Positions 40,794-54,006 of a stretch of 64,000 bases of DNA are shown here, piece by piece (positions within the stretch are counted from its first letter, which is position 1; every line of letters begins with the position of its first letter). The notes beneath the pieces are model-generated. The model was not told the DNA's origin and did not search any database. It worked only from the letters and a program-made list of their open reading frames with translations. Made by a program: the position numbers and the translations under genes. Where the stretch lies: positions 576,001 through 640,000 of the forward strand of contig CAVVHS010000006.1 of assembly GCA_963748215.1 (NCBI GenBank), given 5' to 3'. This DNA comes from an uncultured Gammaproteobacteria bacterium. GTDB lineage: Bacteria > Pseudomonadota > Gammaproteobacteria > UBA9214.

Positions 40794-41201
40794 GGTCGGC
40801 TATTATAGGGATCGCCCTGCCAGGATTCATGCTTTTCGTAGCCCGCCTTTTGCGCCAGCATCCGGGATGCTGGCGCTGGACAGGTGCGGCTGGGCGCTGC
40901 TCTGGAACGAAAGTGGTAGTTGTAGCTACCACTTGAGTGAAGAGCAAGTCCAGGCGTGACTGGACCAGTCAGAGCCCGGATAGGCTGCGGTCCGACGAAA
41001 AACTACCCTTCGGAAATTATCCTGAACATTGACAGGTACACGTTTGTTGTACAGCAGTGTATACGCGGGTCCGCGGCCGGCTGGTGCAAAAGGCGGGCTA
41101 GGCTTCAACTGGCGGACCTTTTCCGGTAACGTATCGGCTCTGCTCGCGGGCGCAACCGGCCCGTGCTTATCCGGACTTCAATTACATATCAGGGAACTGC
41201 C

Positions 41202-41996
41202 ATGGGATTCTTGAGCGGGAAACGTGCACTCATCGTCGGGCTGGCCAGCAACCGGTCGATCGCCTGGGGCATTGCACGGGCCATGCTGCGAGAAGGCGCC
41301 GAACTGGCCTTCAGTTATCCAAACGACAAGATGCGCGAACGGGTCGCCAAGATGGCCACGGAGTGCGGCACTGATATCGTGCTGCCCTGCGATGTCAGCA
41401 GTGATGCGCAGATCGAGGCCCTGTTCGGCGACCTGGGCAAGCGCTGGGACGGTCTGGACATCATCGTGCACTCGGTTGCCTTTGCCCCGGCCGACCAGCT
41501 GGCCGGCGATTTTCTCGACTGCATCTCCCGCGAAGGCTTCGCGATCGCCCACGACATCAGCTCCTATAGCTTCGCGGCGCTGGCCAAGGCCGGCTACCCG
41601 CTGATGAAGGGACGCGGTGGTTCCCTGCTGACCCTCAGCTACCTGGGCGCGGTGCAGACCATCCCGAACTACAACGTCATGGGCCTGGCCAAGGCCAGCC
41701 TGGAAGCCAATGTACGCTACCTGGCACAGAGTCTAGGTCCGAAGGGTATTCGCGTGAACGGCATTTCCGCCGGCCCGATCCGGACCCTGGCCGCCTCGGG
41801 CATCAGCAACTTCCGCAAGCTGCTGGACAACTTCGCCCACACCGCGCCGCTGCGCCGCAACGTCACCATCGATGACGTCGGCAATACCGCCGCGTTCCTG
41901 TGTTCCGATCTCGCTGCCGGCATTACCGGTGAAATCACCTACGTGGACGGCGGCTACAACATCGTCGGCATGGCACCGCTCAGCCAGGACGGCTGA
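41202..41996 (+). CDS. fabI: Enoyl-ACP reductase
   Basis: [28 protein letters not shown]. Confidence 0.96.
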   Translation: MGFLSGKRALIVGLASNRSIAWGIARAMLREGAELAFSYPNDKMRERVAKMATECGTDIVLPCDVSSDAQIEALFGDLGKRWDGLDIIVHSVAFAPADQLAGDFLDCISREGFAIAHDISSYSFAALAKAGYPLMKGRGGSLLTLSYLGAVQTIPNYNVMGLAKASLEANVRYLAQSLGPKGIRVNGISAGPIRTLAASGISNFRKLLDNFAHTAPLRRNVTIDDVGNTAAFLCSDLAAGITGEITYVDGGYNIVGMAPLSQDG

Positions 41997-43263
41997 GACG
42001 CGGCGCCGACAGGATGCCCGGCTCGCCCTCGAGACGACCGATCAGCACCGCCCCGCAGGAATCACTGAATACGTTCACGCCGGTCCGGCACATGTCGAGA
42101 ATGCGGTCCACGGCCAGGATCAGGCCGACCGCCTCGACCGGCAGACCGATCGCCGTGAGAATGATGGTGATGGCGACCAGGCTGGCTGCCGGAATACCCG
42201 CCACACCGATGGATGTCAGCAGGGCCACCAGCACGACCGTTAACTGGGTGGCGAAGCCAAGCTCTATCCCGTAGGCCTGCGCGATGAACATCGCGGCCAC
42301 GCACTCGTACAGCGCGGTACCGTCCATGTTCACCGTTGCGCCCAGCGGGAGTACGAAACTGCTGGTGCGATTAGACACCCCGGCGCGTTTCTCGACGCAA
42401 TCCATTGTGATCGGCAGGGTCGCCGACGACGAGGCCGTGGAAAATGCCGTCAGCAGGGCCGGCGACATGGCCTGGAATTGCCGCAGGGGATTGACGCGCG
42501 CGACCAGGCGCAGCAGCAGGGGCAGTGTGACCAGGAGGTGCACGGACAGCGCCGCCAGCACGGTGAAAAAGAAGGCCATTAGCGGCGCGAAGGCGGCAAA
42601 CCCGGTGGTGGCCACGACCTTCGCGACCAGCGCGAACACGCCGACCGGTGCGAACAGCATGACCCAGTCGGTGATCTTCATCATCACCGAAAACATGCCG
42701 CGCCAGAAATCACGCAGCACCTGCGCCTGCACGCCATCGATACGGGTCATGAAAAAACCGAACAGCAGGCTGAAGAAGATCATTCCCAGCATCTGTCCCT
42801 CGGCGGCGGCCGCGACGATGTTGGCAGGAATCATGCGCAGGAATATCCCGACCACGTCGCCGGCGCCCTGCCCCTGTACCCGTGCGGCGATGTCCGCCGT
42901 ATCGGTTTCCGACAGCGGGATGATGTCACTCGCAGGCATGCCGTCGACGATCCCCGGTGCCACCAGGTTCACCGCGGTCAGCCCCACCAGCACCGCCAGC
43001 AGGCTGGTGGTCAGGTAATACAGCAGGGTTTTCAGGCCGAGGCGCCGCATGGCGTTGCCACTGCCCATGCCGGCCACGCCGGTAATGATCGAGGAAATGA
43101 TCAGCGGGACGATCAGCATCTTCAGGGCATTCATGAACATGCTGCCGAGGAAGGAATAGATATCGATGAACAGGACGCCGAAGATACTGCCGTCCGCGCC
43201 ACCCAGCCGACCGGCGATCACGGCCAGCGCCAGTGCTATCAGGATTTGCCAGTGCAGCTTCAG
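41980..43263 (-). CDS. Dicarboxylate/amino acid:cation symporter (start codon uncertain)
   Basis: LKLHWQIL N-terminus; [29 protein letters not shown]. Confidence 0.88.
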   Translation of the reverse strand: MKLHWQILIALALAVIAGRLGGADGSIFGVLFIDIYSFLGSMFMNALKMLIVPLIISSIITGVAGMGSGNAMRRLGLKTLLYYLTTSLLAVLVGLTAVNLVAPGIVDGMPASDIIPLSETDTADIAARVQGQGAGDVVGIFLRMIPANIVAAAAEGQMLGMIFFSLLFGFFMTRIDGVQAQVLRDFWRGMFSVMMKITDWVMLFAPVGVFALVAKVVATTGFAAFAPLMAFFFTVLAALSVHLLVTLPLLLRLVARVNPLRQFQAMSPALLTAFSTASSSATLPITMDCVEKRAGVSNRTSSFVLPLGATVNMDGTALYECVAAMFIAQAYGIELGFATQLTVVLVALLTSIGVAGIPAASLVAITIILTAIGLPVEAVGLILAVDRILDMCRTGVNVFSDSCGAVLIGRLEGEPGILSAPRLSRPG

Positions 43264-43302
43264 CGTCTCTGTCCTCTAGCTGCCGGTGCTGCGGACAAGG
43301 TG

Positions 43303-43430
43303 CTAGCCCGCATTTCTCACCGGGTTGCAGTTAACCGACATAATGAGCCGAAACCATGAAGCTAATACCCATTCGTCAACCAACAGTGTGTCAGTGGGCG
43401 GTGCCTAACCCGGTGAGAAATGCGTGCTAG
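43303..43430. mobile_element. 128-bp MITE, copy 1
   Basis: TIRs ctagcccgcatttctcaccggg / cccggtgagaaatgcgtgctag; homologous to 56987-57114. Confidence 0.8.
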
Positions 43431-45340
43431 AGTTCGTCTTCCCGCGGGATCCGGATGCTGGCCTGTGACCTGAGCTGGCCCAGCACCAGTTGCAGAGCGT
43501 TGGCACCGTCGATTTCGTTCAGTGATCGCCAGGCCTGCTTGCGTGCGTCCTCGGGCAGGGCATCGTAATCACCCGGCTGCACCTCTTCCAGTGCGATCAG
43601 CGCATAATCGCCGCTGGAAAGCAGCACGCCGGTGTATACGGGCTTGTCCGCTTCCGGCAGCGGCATGGAAAACGCCCGGCCGACCAGTTCCCGCGACGGC
43701 TGCTCCGCATTACGCGGCAGCAGGATGCTGTTTTCAAGCTTCAGCGATTCGGCCGCCGCGACAGAGTCCATGGTGGCCTTGCCGCTGTCGAGTTCCGCGA
43801 GAACGGCGGCGCCCTTCGCCTCGAGCAAGGCCCGGGTCTTGTCCTGGCGCGCGGCCTCGGCCACGCGCTCCCTGACGCTGTCCAGTGTTTGCTGCTCGGC
43901 CGGCTGGTGTTCCAGTATGCGCAGCACGACGACATGGTCATCACCGATCTCTATCGCCTGACTGTTGTTGCCCTGCACGAGCACGTCGTCAGTGAAAATG
44001 GCTTCCCGTACGTCCGGGTTGGCGGCAATGCCGGTGGCGCTGTCACGCTCGATCCAGTCCGATTCGACGATCTTGAGTCCCAGGGCATCGGCCGGGCCCT
44101 GCAGTGAGTCCGGCTGTTCGAACGCCAGGTTGGACAGGGTCTCCGACTGGTCGTAGAACAGTTCACCGCGCTCCTTGTCGAGTAGCTGCGTCACCAGCTG
44201 CTCGCGCACGTCGGCCAGCGGTGTCGCTACCTCTGGCTTGATTTCCAGCAACTCGATGATGTGGAACCCGAACTCGGTCTGCACCGGTGGACTGCGCTCA
44301 CCGACGGCCATGGCGTAAACCGCATTCTCGAATTCCGGAGTCATGAGCCCCCTGGCGAATAATCCCAGGTCGCCGCCTGCGGGAGCCGAGGCAGGATCAT
44401 CCGATTCCGTCCTGGCGAGGGTCTCGAACGACTCACCGGCCTCAAGACGCTGTTCGATGGCCTCCGCCTTCGCCCGGGCTGCCGCTATGTCGTCAGCGGT
44501 CTGGCCCTCGACCTGCACCAGTATATGCCGGGCACGACGCTGTTCCGGTGTGACAAATTTCTCGCGCTGCTCTTCATACAGCGCCTTGATCTGGTCCTCG
44601 TCGACATCGGTAGCGAGGCTGATCCCGTCAGCATTGAGCTCCACGTACGCGATCCTGACGCGTTCCTTGCGCATGAACGCGCCGGGATGCGCCGCGTAGT
44701 AGTCCTCGATCTCCTGGTCCGATACGGCGGCCTTGTCGGCGACCACTGCGGCCGGGATCAGCAGGTAGTTGAAACGGCGCCGTTGCCCCTCCAGGCGGAA
44801 GGCTTCACGCAGGGCCTGCTCGGTACCCGCGGCGGTCAGGGCGATGCCGGACTTCAGCTGGTTGGCCATGATTTCCTGCTTCAGCCGCCATTCGAATTCG
44901 TGCGGGGCAAGCCCCTGGTAGCGCAATACCTGGACATAGCGCTCTTTCGAGAACACGCCATCCTTCTGGAAACTTTCGACAGTCTTGATGCGTTCCGCGA
45001 TCTGGCGCTCGCTGGCCGAAAATCCCTCGGCCTCGGCGGCCTGCAGGACGAGTTCGTCGTTGACGAGCTTGTTGATGGTGCTTTCCCTGATCAGCTTTTC
45101 GTCGAATCTGGCCGGGTCGAAGGCAGCACCCAGGGCCCGCTGCAGGTTCGACATCATCTGGTTATAGGCACTCTGATACTGCCGGGGTGTAATCTCGACA
45201 TCATTGATCTTCGCCACGGCGCTGGTGGCGTTCGACTGCAGGTAGGAGTTCAGACCGAAGAAGGCGAAGGCAACGAACAGGATGCCGAGCACGATCCAGC
45301 CCACGATCCCCATCACCTTTTCACGTATGGCAAGTAGCAT
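43427..45340 (-). CDS. ppiD: Periplasmic folding chaperone (SurA N-domain plus rotamase)
   Basis: N-terminal anchor; RARHIL, S.D..S...GGDLG; conserved position after hupB and tRNAs. Confidence 0.9.
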   Translation of the reverse strand: MLLAIREKVMGIVGWIVLGILFVAFAFFGLNSYLQSNATSAVAKINDVEITPRQYQSAYNQMMSNLQRALGAAFDPARFDEKLIRESTINKLVNDELVLQAAEAEGFSASERQIAERIKTVESFQKDGVFSKERYVQVLRYQGLAPHEFEWRLKQEIMANQLKSGIALTAAGTEQALREAFRLEGQRRRFNYLLIPAAVVADKAAVSDQEIEDYYAAHPGAFMRKERVRIAYVELNADGISLATDVDEDQIKALYEEQREKFVTPEQRRARHILVQVEGQTADDIAAARAKAEAIEQRLEAGESFETLARTESDDPASAPAGGDLGLFARGLMTPEFENAVYAMAVGERSPPVQTEFGFHIIELLEIKPEVATPLADVREQLVTQLLDKERGELFYDQSETLSNLAFEQPDSLQGPADALGLKIVESDWIERDSATGIAANPDVREAIFTDDVLVQGNNSQAIEIGDDHVVVLRILEHQPAEQQTLDSVRERVAEAARQDKTRALLEAKGAAVLAELDSGKATMDSVAAAESLKLENSILLPRNAEQPSRELVGRAFSMPLPEADKPVYTGVLLSSGDYALIALEEVQPGDYDALPEDARKQAWRSLNEIDGANALQLVLGQLRSQASIRIPREDEL

Positions 45341-45386
45341 AATCCGTCTCGGATATTCCGGGTGACCTGATAGTTCAGCGTCTGAC

Positions 45387-45418
45387 AAAGAAAGGGCACC
45401 CGTACGGGCGCCCTTCTC
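45387..45418 (-). terminator. Terminator after tRNA-Asp
   Basis: aagggc...gccctt stem with T-rich tail on the minus strand. Confidence 0.55.
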
Positions 45419-45426
45419 TGGTCATA

Positions 45427-45503
45427 TGGCGGAGTGGACGGGACTCGAACCCGCGACCCCCGGCGTGACAGGCCGGTATTCTAACCAGCTGAACTACCAC
45501 TCC
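45427..45503 (-). tRNA. tRNA-Asp(GTC)
   Basis: GGAGTGGTAGTTCAG...CTGTCAC...GTTCGAG...CCA. Confidence 0.96.
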
Positions 45504-45510
45504 TGATCCT

Positions 45511-45586
45511 TGGTGGGTGCTGAGGGGATCGAACCCCCGACATTCGCCTTGTAAGGGCGACGCTCTCCCAGCTGAGCTAAGCACCC
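45511..45586 (-). tRNA. tRNA-Val(TAC)
   Basis: GGGTGCTTAGCTCAG...CTTACAA...GTTCGAT...CCA. Confidence 0.96.
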
Positions 45587-45596
45587 CGAAGGCGCG

Positions 45597-45870
45597 CTAG
45601 TTTACGGCATCCTTGAGGGCTTTGCCAGCCTTGAAGCCCGGCGACTTTCGAGGCCTTGATCTGGATGGTTTCGCCGGTCTGCGGATTGCGTCCGGTGCGT
45701 GCGGCACGTTCCCGGACCGAGAAGGTGCCAAATCCGGAAATGATGACCTGGTCGCCGCCAGCGAGTGCGCTGACAATGCTGTCCAAAACGGCATCGGTGG
45801 CGCTGGCCGCATCGGTGCGGGACAGGCCGGAGGAACTGGCAACAGCGTCGATCAATTCTGATTTTTTCAT
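45597..45870 (-). CDS. hupB: HU DNA-binding protein with an apparent +1 frameshift near 45645
   Basis: MKKSELID...GFGTF...RTGRNPQTG then PGFKAGKALKDAVN in the next frame; 274 nt. Confidence 0.9.
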
Positions 45871-46048
45871 ATGGGGTTCCCTGGTGTAGTTGTGGTTTAT
45901 CTTGTTTGATACTGCTGGAAAACGTCCTGCCCGGCCGGCAAATGCCGCCACTGGTGGCGAACATTATCAGAACTCGGTTACCGGGTGCAAAATACCGCCG
46001 CTACCCACCAGGTGGTGAATAGCGGCGGTCACTGCTGGCGCATGGCTG

Positions 46049-48457
46049 TCAGTGCGCAGTCAGATTTTTTACCTTTGCCTTCGGCTTCGTGGTCTTGCGG
46101 GGTGCGCTCTTGGTCTCGGTATTCGGCAGCGGAGTCGGCTGGTGCGTGAGCGCGACCTCCAGAACCTCGTCGATCCAGCGCACCGGCCTGATATCCAGCT
46201 TGTCCTTGACGTTGCTGGGGATCTCGGCAAGATCCTTCCGGTTTTCCTCAGGGATCAGCACGATGGAGATCCCGCCACGATGTGCCGCCAGCAGTTTCTC
46301 CTTCAGTCCACCGATCGGCAGCACCTCGCCGCGCAGGGTGATCTCACCCGTCATGGCCACATCGGCCCGCACCGGAATATTGGTCAGCGCCGACACCAGC
46401 GCGGTGCACATGCCGACACCGGCACTCGGCCCGTCCTTCGGGGTGGCCCCTTCCGGCACGTGAATGTGGATATCGTATTTCTGATAAAACTCGGGATCGA
46501 TACCCAGCGATGCCGCGCGACTGCGCACAACGGTCATGGCCGCCTGGATGGACTCCTGCATGACGTCACCCAGCTGCCCGGTGTGGATCATCTTGCCCTT
46601 GCCCGCGACAATAGCCGACTCGATGGTCAGCAGTTCACCACCGACTTCTGTCCAGGCCAGACCGGTGACCTGGCCGACCTGGTCATTCTCTTCCGCGCGT
46701 CCGTAACGGAAGCGCTTGACGCCGAGGTATTTCTCCAGGTTCTTCGGCGTGACGGCAACCTTCTTGCCCTTCTCGTGCAGCACCAGTTCCTTGACCACCT
46801 TGCGGCAGATCTTGGATATTTCGCGCTCGAGATTGCGCACACCCGCCTCGCGTGTGTAGTAGCGCACAATGTCGCGTATCGCATGCTCACTGATGGAGAT
46901 CTCGTTCTCCTTCAGGCCGCTGTTTTCGACCTGTTTCTTGAGCAGGTAGCGCATGGCGATGTTGATCTTCTCGTCCTCGGTATAGCCGGGGATACGAATG
47001 ACTTCCATGCGATCGAGCAACGGTGCGGGAATGTTCAGGGTATTCGCCGTGGCGACGAACATCACGTCGGACAGGTCGAAGTCGACCTCCAGGTAATGAT
47101 CCGCAAATGTGTTGTTCTGCTCGGGATCCAGCACCTCCAGCAGCGCGGACGAGGGATCGCCACGGAAATCCATGGACATCTTGTCCATTTCATCCAGCAG
47201 GAACAGCGGATTCCGCACACCCATCTTGGACAGGTTCTGGATGATCTTGCCGGGCAGTGAACCGATATAGGTACGGCGGTGGCCACGGATCTCGGCCTCG
47301 TCACGCACGCCGCCCAGCGACATGCGCGTGAATTTGCGGTCGGTGGCGCGTGCGATGGAACGTCCCAGCGAGGTCTTGCCGACGCCGGGCGGACCCACCA
47401 GGCACAGGATCGGGCCCTTCAGTTTCTTGACCCGTTGTTGCACGGCCAGGTACTCGAGGATGCGTTCCTTGACCTTTTCCAGGCCGTAGTGATCCTCTTC
47501 CAGTATGCTTTCCGCTGCGGCAAGGTCGTGGCGGATCTTGGAGCGTTTTTTCCAGGGCACACTGACCAGCCAGTCGATATAGTTTCTGACCACCGTCGCC
47601 TCGGCGGACATCGGTGACATCATCTTCAGCTTGTTGAGTTCGGTGGTGGCCTTTTCCTTGGCTTCCTTGCTCATGCCGGCCTTGTCGATTTTCTGCTCCA
47701 GTTCCTCGATCTCGTTCGGCGCATCCTCCATGTCACCGAGTTCTTTCTGAATAGCCTTCATCTGCTCGTTCAGATAGTACTCGCGCTGACTCTTCTCCAT
47801 CTGCTGCTTGACGCGGCCACGGATGCGCTTCTCGATCTGCAGGATGTCGATCTCGCCCTCGATCAGCACCATCAGGCGCTCGAGGCGGGCGCGGTCGTTG
47901 TCGATCTCGAGGATCTTCTGTTTCTCCTCGAGCTTGAGCGACATGTGTGCGGCGATGGTATCCGCCAGGCGTCCTGGTTCCTCGATACCGGACAGCGACG
48001 TGAGTATTTCCGGCGGCACTTTCTTGTTCAGCTTCACGTACTGGTCGAACATGGCCAGCAGCGAACGTGTGAGAATTTCCAGTTCCTTTTCGTCCTCTTC
48101 GGCTTCCGGCTGCATTAACTCGACATGCGCCGTGAAGAACGCATCGGTATTGTCATAGCCGGTAATGCGCACGCGCTCGGCGCCCTCGACCAGCACCTTC
48201 ACGGTGCCGTCTGGCAGCTTGAGCAATTGCAGGATAGTGGAAAGCGTTCCGATTTCGTGGATGTCGGCTATCTCGGGATCGTCGATTTCGGCATTCTTCT
48301 GTGCGACCAGCAGGATCTTCTTGTCTTCCTGCATCGCGGTATCCAGCGCATTGATCGATTTCTCGCGCCCGACAAACAGCGGGATGACCATGTGCGGGTA
48401 TACAACCACATCCCTGAGGGGCAAGACGGGTATCGCTTTCGAAGCCTGGTCTGTCAT
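46049..48457 (-). CDS. lon: ATP-dependent protease La
   Basis: Full-length; [17 protein letters not shown]; clpX-lon-hupB synteny. Confidence 0.97.
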   Translation of the reverse strand: MTDQASKAIPVLPLRDVVVYPHMVIPLFVGREKSINALDTAMQEDKKILLVAQKNAEIDDPEIADIHEIGTLSTILQLLKLPDGTVKVLVEGAERVRITGYDNTDAFFTAHVELMQPEAEEDEKELEILTRSLLAMFDQYVKLNKKVPPEILTSLSGIEEPGRLADTIAAHMSLKLEEKQKILEIDNDRARLERLMVLIEGEIDILQIEKRIRGRVKQQMEKSQREYYLNEQMKAIQKELGDMEDAPNEIEELEQKIDKAGMSKEAKEKATTELNKLKMMSPMSAEATVVRNYIDWLVSVPWKKRSKIRHDLAAAESILEEDHYGLEKVKERILEYLAVQQRVKKLKGPILCLVGPPGVGKTSLGRSIARATDRKFTRMSLGGVRDEAEIRGHRRTYIGSLPGKIIQNLSKMGVRNPLFLLDEMDKMSMDFRGDPSSALLEVLDPEQNNTFADHYLEVDFDLSDVMFVATANTLNIPAPLLDRMEVIRIPGYTEDEKINIAMRYLLKKQVENSGLKENEISISEHAIRDIVRYYTREAGVRNLEREISKICRKVVKELVLHEKGKKVAVTPKNLEKYLGVKRFRYGRAEENDQVGQVTGLAWTEVGGELLTIESAIVAGKGKMIHTGQLGDVMQESIQAAMTVVRSRAASLGIDPEFYQKYDIHIHVPEGATPKDGPSAGVGMCTALVSALTNIPVRADVAMTGEITLRGEVLPIGGLKEKLLAAHRGGISIVLIPEENRKDLAEIPSNVKDKLDIRPVRWIDEVLEVALTHQPTPLPNTETKSAPRKTTKPKAKVKNLTAH

Positions 48458-48714
48458 AAATGTGTCCGTCCGTTAGTGAATTCGGTGAAATGAGCCAACG
48501 CCGTGCTGGCTGCCTGTCCGTGCATCGCCGGATCAGCAGCCTTCCCCACCAGTACCCGGGTAACGCGCTCCAGCTGCATATGACCCTACTATGGGGTCGA
48601 ACAGCGCAACATCAACCGTTTTTTTGACAGGTAGTTACTATACAGCAAGGAATGTGCCAGCTTTTCCGGAATCCCGGCAATCGGGTAACTCTCTATTTCC
48701 GGTAAAGAAGTTAT

Positions 48715-49986
<1,272 letters not shown>

Positions 49987-50165
49987 GTCTCGCCCTCACG
50001 GTTATCAACATTTATGCTGCACCTTGTTTTTAACACTAAATGTTATTATCGTTCAACTCCTTCGACAGCGTTTTCTTTTATTTTATCTGACAGATAAATA
50101 AGGGTTTTTGCCGACCCGGCCCGCTGGTATCGCCGGACAGTGCATGGACGGCGTGTAGAAATCTG

Positions 50166-50810
50166 CTATTCCTTGTCCTTGCCAGCCACCATGGGCCGGT
50201 GTTCGAGGATCTGGTCGATCAGGCCGTATTCCTTGGCGGCAGTGGCACCCATGAAGTTATCACGATCGGTATCTTTCTGGATCTGCTCGAGTGACTGCCC
50301 CGTGTGCCTGGCAAGAATCTGGTTCAGGCGCTCCCTGATATGCAGTATTTCCCGGGCATGGATGTCGATGTCCGTGGCCTGTCCCTGGAAGCCGCCCAGT
50401 GGCTGGTGGATCATGATGCGCGAGTGCGGCAGGCAGACACGCTTGCCCTGCGCACCGCCAGCCAGCAACAGCGCACCCATGCTGGCAGCCTGCCCGATGC
50501 ACATGGTGCTGACATCCGCCTTGATGAATTGCATGGTGTCGTAGATGGCGAGTCCGGCCGTGACCGAGCCACCCGGCGAGTTGATGTACAGGTGGATGTC
50601 CTTGTCGGGATTCTCCGACTCGAGAAACAGCAACTGCGCGACGATTACGTTCGCCATGTAGTCTTCGACGGGGCCGACCATGAACACCACGCGCTCTTTC
50701 AGCAGGCGCGAGTAGATGTCATAGGAGCGTTCGCCGCGTGCGGTCTGCTCGACGACGATGGGAACCAGGTTCAGCGCCTGTATGTCATTAGCATTATTCA
50801 TGTTTTTCAT
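50166..50810 (-). CDS. clpP: Clp protease proteolytic subunit
   Basis: [28 protein letters not shown]. Confidence 0.97.
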   Translation of the reverse strand: MKNMNNANDIQALNLVPIVVEQTARGERSYDIYSRLLKERVVFMVGPVEDYMANVIVAQLLFLESENPDKDIHLYINSPGGSVTAGLAIYDTMQFIKADVSTMCIGQAASMGALLLAGGAQGKRVCLPHSRIMIHQPLGGFQGQATDIDIHAREILHIRERLNQILARHTGQSLEQIQKDTDRDNFMGATAAKEYGLIDQILEHRPMVAGKDKE

Positions 50811-50822
50811 ATCGGTCCGGGG

Positions 50823-52115
50823 TTATTTTCCTTGAGTCTGACGGGCTTCTTCGACAAGATCACTGAACGACATGCGTTTATCCTCTACCGTTACCCCGCC
50901 GTGCTCGATGATCCACTCCACAACCTGCTCCTCGATCACGGTGGACTGGACACCGTAGAGCATTTCCTGGTTGCCATAGTACCACTGGATGACTTCTTCC
51001 GGCTTTTCGTAGGACGCCGCAATGGTCTCTACCATTTGCCGCACCCGGTCCGGATCGAGCTGAATCTGGTTCTGCTTGGCGACCTCGGAAACGATCACGC
51101 CGAGCTTGACGCGCTTGCCGGCGAGCGCGTCCAGTTCCGCCAGCGGGCGCTGCCGGTTGCCCTTTTGTGATTTGAGTGTCTCGACCTCTTCGCTGATCAG
51201 TTTCTTTGGTGCATCGACAGGGTTGTGTTCAAGCAGGCTGTCGAACACCTGCTGCTTCAGCTTCGAGGAAATCAGGCCCTTGAGTTCACGCTGCATATTC
51301 CGCTGCACTTCGTTCCTGAGGCCCTCCATGCCGCCTTCTGCGACGCCGAAGGCCCGGGCAAACTCGTCATCGAGTTCGGGCAGCTCCATCTCCGCCACCG
51401 ATTTCAGCTTGACCGAAAAACTCGCGTCCTTGCCCGCCACCCCGGCCGACGGGTAATCAGCCGGGAACGTAATGGCGAGCGTCTTCTCGTCACCGGCCGA
51501 GAGGCCTTCCAGCTGTTCTTCGAAACCCTTGATCATGCTACTCGAGCCCAGCACGACCGGCATGTCATCGGCCTTGTTGCCGGGAAACGGCTGGCCGTCG
51601 ATCGACCCTTCGAAATCGATCACCACCTGGTCGCCGGACCGTGATGCACGATCAACGGTGTTCCAGCTCACCCGTTGTTTTCTCAGGGTATCCAGCATGC
51701 CGTTGATGTCTTCGTCGGTGATTTCAACCACCGGCCTGGACACCGTGAACCCGTAATTCAGCAGTCCCTGCAATTCGGGGAAAACCTCGAACGTGGCGAC
51801 ATATTCAAACGGCGCGCCGGGAGGCATGTCCCTGGTTTCGATACTCGGCGCACCGGCTGGACGGATATTGTTCTGGCTGAACGCCTCCTGCAGGGTGGCA
51901 TTCACCACTTTGTCGACGATCTCCATGCGCACCTGCTTGCCGTATTTCTGCGCGACTACCTTCATCGGCACCTTGCCGGGCCGGAAACCATCCAGACGCA
52001 CGGTCTGCGACATCGATTGCAGGCGTGACTGCACCTCCTGATCGATGCGTTCCGCTGGTACCTGCACCGTCATGCGTCGCGCAAGCCCCCCGGTATTTTC
52101 TACAGAAACTTCCAT
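50823..52115 (-). CDS. tig: Trigger factor
   Basis: GFRPGKVP signature; FKBP domain. Confidence 0.96.
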   Translation of the reverse strand: MEVSVENTGGLARRMTVQVPAERIDQEVQSRLQSMSQTVRLDGFRPGKVPMKVVAQKYGKQVRMEIVDKVVNATLQEAFSQNNIRPAGAPSIETRDMPPGAPFEYVATFEVFPELQGLLNYGFTVSRPVVEITDEDINGMLDTLRKQRVSWNTVDRASRSGDQVVIDFEGSIDGQPFPGNKADDMPVVLGSSSMIKGFEEQLEGLSAGDEKTLAITFPADYPSAGVAGKDASFSVKLKSVAEMELPELDDEFARAFGVAEGGMEGLRNEVQRNMQRELKGLISSKLKQQVFDSLLEHNPVDAPKKLISEEVETLKSQKGNRQRPLAELDALAGKRVKLGVIVSEVAKQNQIQLDPDRVRQMVETIAASYEKPEEVIQWYYGNQEMLYGVQSTVIEEQVVEWIIEHGGVTVEDKRMSFSDLVEEARQTQGK

Positions 52116-52227
52116 TACCTCACCTCATGCTGGGAATTGATGCACTGTCGATTTTGCGATGGCTGCCGTTCCGGACCGGCCGGGTCCGGCCAAGGCATTG
52201 TATATCAGCCAGGTATATCAGCCAGAT

Positions 52228-52312
<85 letters not shown>

Positions 52313-52430
52313 CTTGTTCCCGCCCCCTGGGTCTCACGGCATTTTACCTAAATTTCACTGGAATGATAATGGGTTATAACTCTTTATTCGGCACTGCGGC
52401 TGTCCCGTCAGCGATATGCGCTGCGGTGCA

Positions 52431-52474
52431 GCGGCGGCAAGCGCCGCCTACAAAAAACCCGTGCTGGGCACGGG
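52431..52474 (-). terminator. Terminator after tRNA-Lys with adjacent GTAG-type REP
   Basis: cccgtgc/gcacggg stem plus T6, then GTAGGCGGCGCTTGCCGCCGC on the minus strand. Confidence 0.55.
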
Positions 52475-52480
52475 CATGTC

Positions 52481-52556
52481 TGGTGGGCCGTGTAGGAATC
52501 GAACCTACAACCAATGGATTAAGAGTCCACTGCTCTACCAATTGAGCTAACGGCCC
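52481..52556 (-). tRNA. tRNA-Lys(CTT)
   Basis: GGGCCGTTAGCTCAA...CTCTTAA...CCA. Confidence 0.95.
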
Positions 52557-52624
52557 AAAGAGGCGGTATTGGACCACAGCGTCAGAAGTGGATCAAGCGA
52601 TGGCGGCGGTCTGTCAGGGTTGAA

Positions 52625-52701
52625 TGGGGTGGACGATGGGACTCGAACCCACGACGACTGGAATCACAATCCAGGGCTCTACCAACTGAGCTACGCCCAC
52701 C
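52625..52701 (-). tRNA. tRNA-His(GTG)
   Basis: GGTGGGCGTAGCTCAG...TTGTGAT...CCA. Confidence 0.95.
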
Positions 52702-52741
52702 ATTGACATTCAAATCTGCTGGCACCCGCACCGTTTCGAAC

Positions 52742-52818
52742 TGGCGCGCCCGGCAGGACTCGAACCTGCAACCCTCGGCTTAGAAGGCCGATGCTCTATC
52801 CGGTTGAGCTACGGGCGC
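52742..52818 (-). tRNA. tRNA-Arg(TCT)
   Basis: GCGCCCGTAGCTCAA...CTTCTAA...CCA. Confidence 0.95.
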
Positions 52819-52860
52819 AGTTCAGCAGTCTTGCCGTGATTGCCCGCTCCTCGTACTGTT

Positions 52861-52937
52861 TGGTCGGGGTAGAGAGATTCGAACTCCCGACATCCTGCTC
52901 CCAAAGCAGGCGCGCTACCAGGCTGCGCTATACCCCG
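52861..52937 (-). tRNA. tRNA-Pro(TGG)
   Basis: CGGGGTATAGCGCAG...TTTGGGA...CCA. Confidence 0.95.
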
Positions 52938-53138
52938 ATACAGAAACAGGTTCATGGTCACCCTGCACAGCCAAGCGATGATACGTGCTGCCCCTGCAGG
53001 GGTCAACAATATGCCGGTCTGGAGTGGCCTGCGGCTAATGGCTGTCACGACCGCGGGTACGGCTTGCGCGGCTTGTCCCTGCCATTGGCTGCATGCGAGA
53101 ATCCCGTGCTTATTCCAGATCCTGCAAGCAGCCTTCGA

Positions 53139-53993
53139 ATGACCGCGAAACTGATTGACGGCAAGGCCATTGCCGCCCGTGTGAAAGAGTCCGTCAGGCT
53201 GCGTATCGACGAGCGCCGCCTGAACCGGCAGCGCATCCCGGGGCTGGCGGTCATCCTGGTGGGCACCGACCCGGCATCCGAAGTCTACGTGCGCAACAAG
53301 CGCAAGGCCTGCGATGATGCCGGCCTGCTGTCGCATTCCTACGACCTGCCCCGGGAGACGAGCGAACAGGAGCTGCTGACCCTGATCGACAGGCTGAACG
53401 ACGATCCGAGCATTGACGGCATCCTGGTGCAGTTCCCGTTGCCGGACCATATCAATCCGGACCTGGTGACCGAACGCATCCAGCCGGACAAGGATGTGGA
53501 TGGATTTCATCCCTACAATATCGGGCGCCTGGCATTGCGCCGTCCCGCGCTGCGATCCTGCACGCCGCGCGGTGTCATCACCCTGCTGGAACACACCGGT
53601 GAAGCGTTTTACGGGCGCGAGGCAGTCGTCGTGGGTGCCTCCAACATTGTCGGCCGGCCGATGACCCTGGAACTGCTGCTGGCCGGCTGCACGGTCACGA
53701 CCTGCCATCGCTTCACCCGCGATCTGGACCAGCATGTGGCGCGTGCGGATATCCTGGTCGTCGCCGTCGGCAAGCCCGGCGTGGTAACCGGCGAATGGGT
53801 GAAACCCGGCGCGACCGTCATCGATGTCGGCATCAACCGGCAGGCAGACGGCTCACTGGTCGGCGATATCGGGTTTGATGCCGCGCGTGAACGCGCGGCG
53901 TGGATCACGCCCGTCCCGGGCGGTGTCGGTCCCATGACCGTCGCCACCCTGCTTGAAAACACGCTCTACGCGGCGGAGCACCTGCACGACTGA
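53139..53993 (+). CDS. folD: Methylenetetrahydrofolate dehydrogenase/cyclohydrolase
   Basis: [24 protein letters not shown]. Confidence 0.96.
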   Translation: MTAKLIDGKAIAARVKESVRLRIDERRLNRQRIPGLAVILVGTDPASEVYVRNKRKACDDAGLLSHSYDLPRETSEQELLTLIDRLNDDPSIDGILVQFPLPDHINPDLVTERIQPDKDVDGFHPYNIGRLALRRPALRSCTPRGVITLLEHTGEAFYGREAVVVGASNIVGRPMTLELLLAGCTVTTCHRFTRDLDQHVARADILVVAVGKPGVVTGEWVKPGATVIDVGINRQADGSLVGDIGFDAARERAAWITPVPGGVGPMTVATLLENTLYAAEHLHD

Positions 53994-54006
53994 CTAACGG
54001 GCAGGG

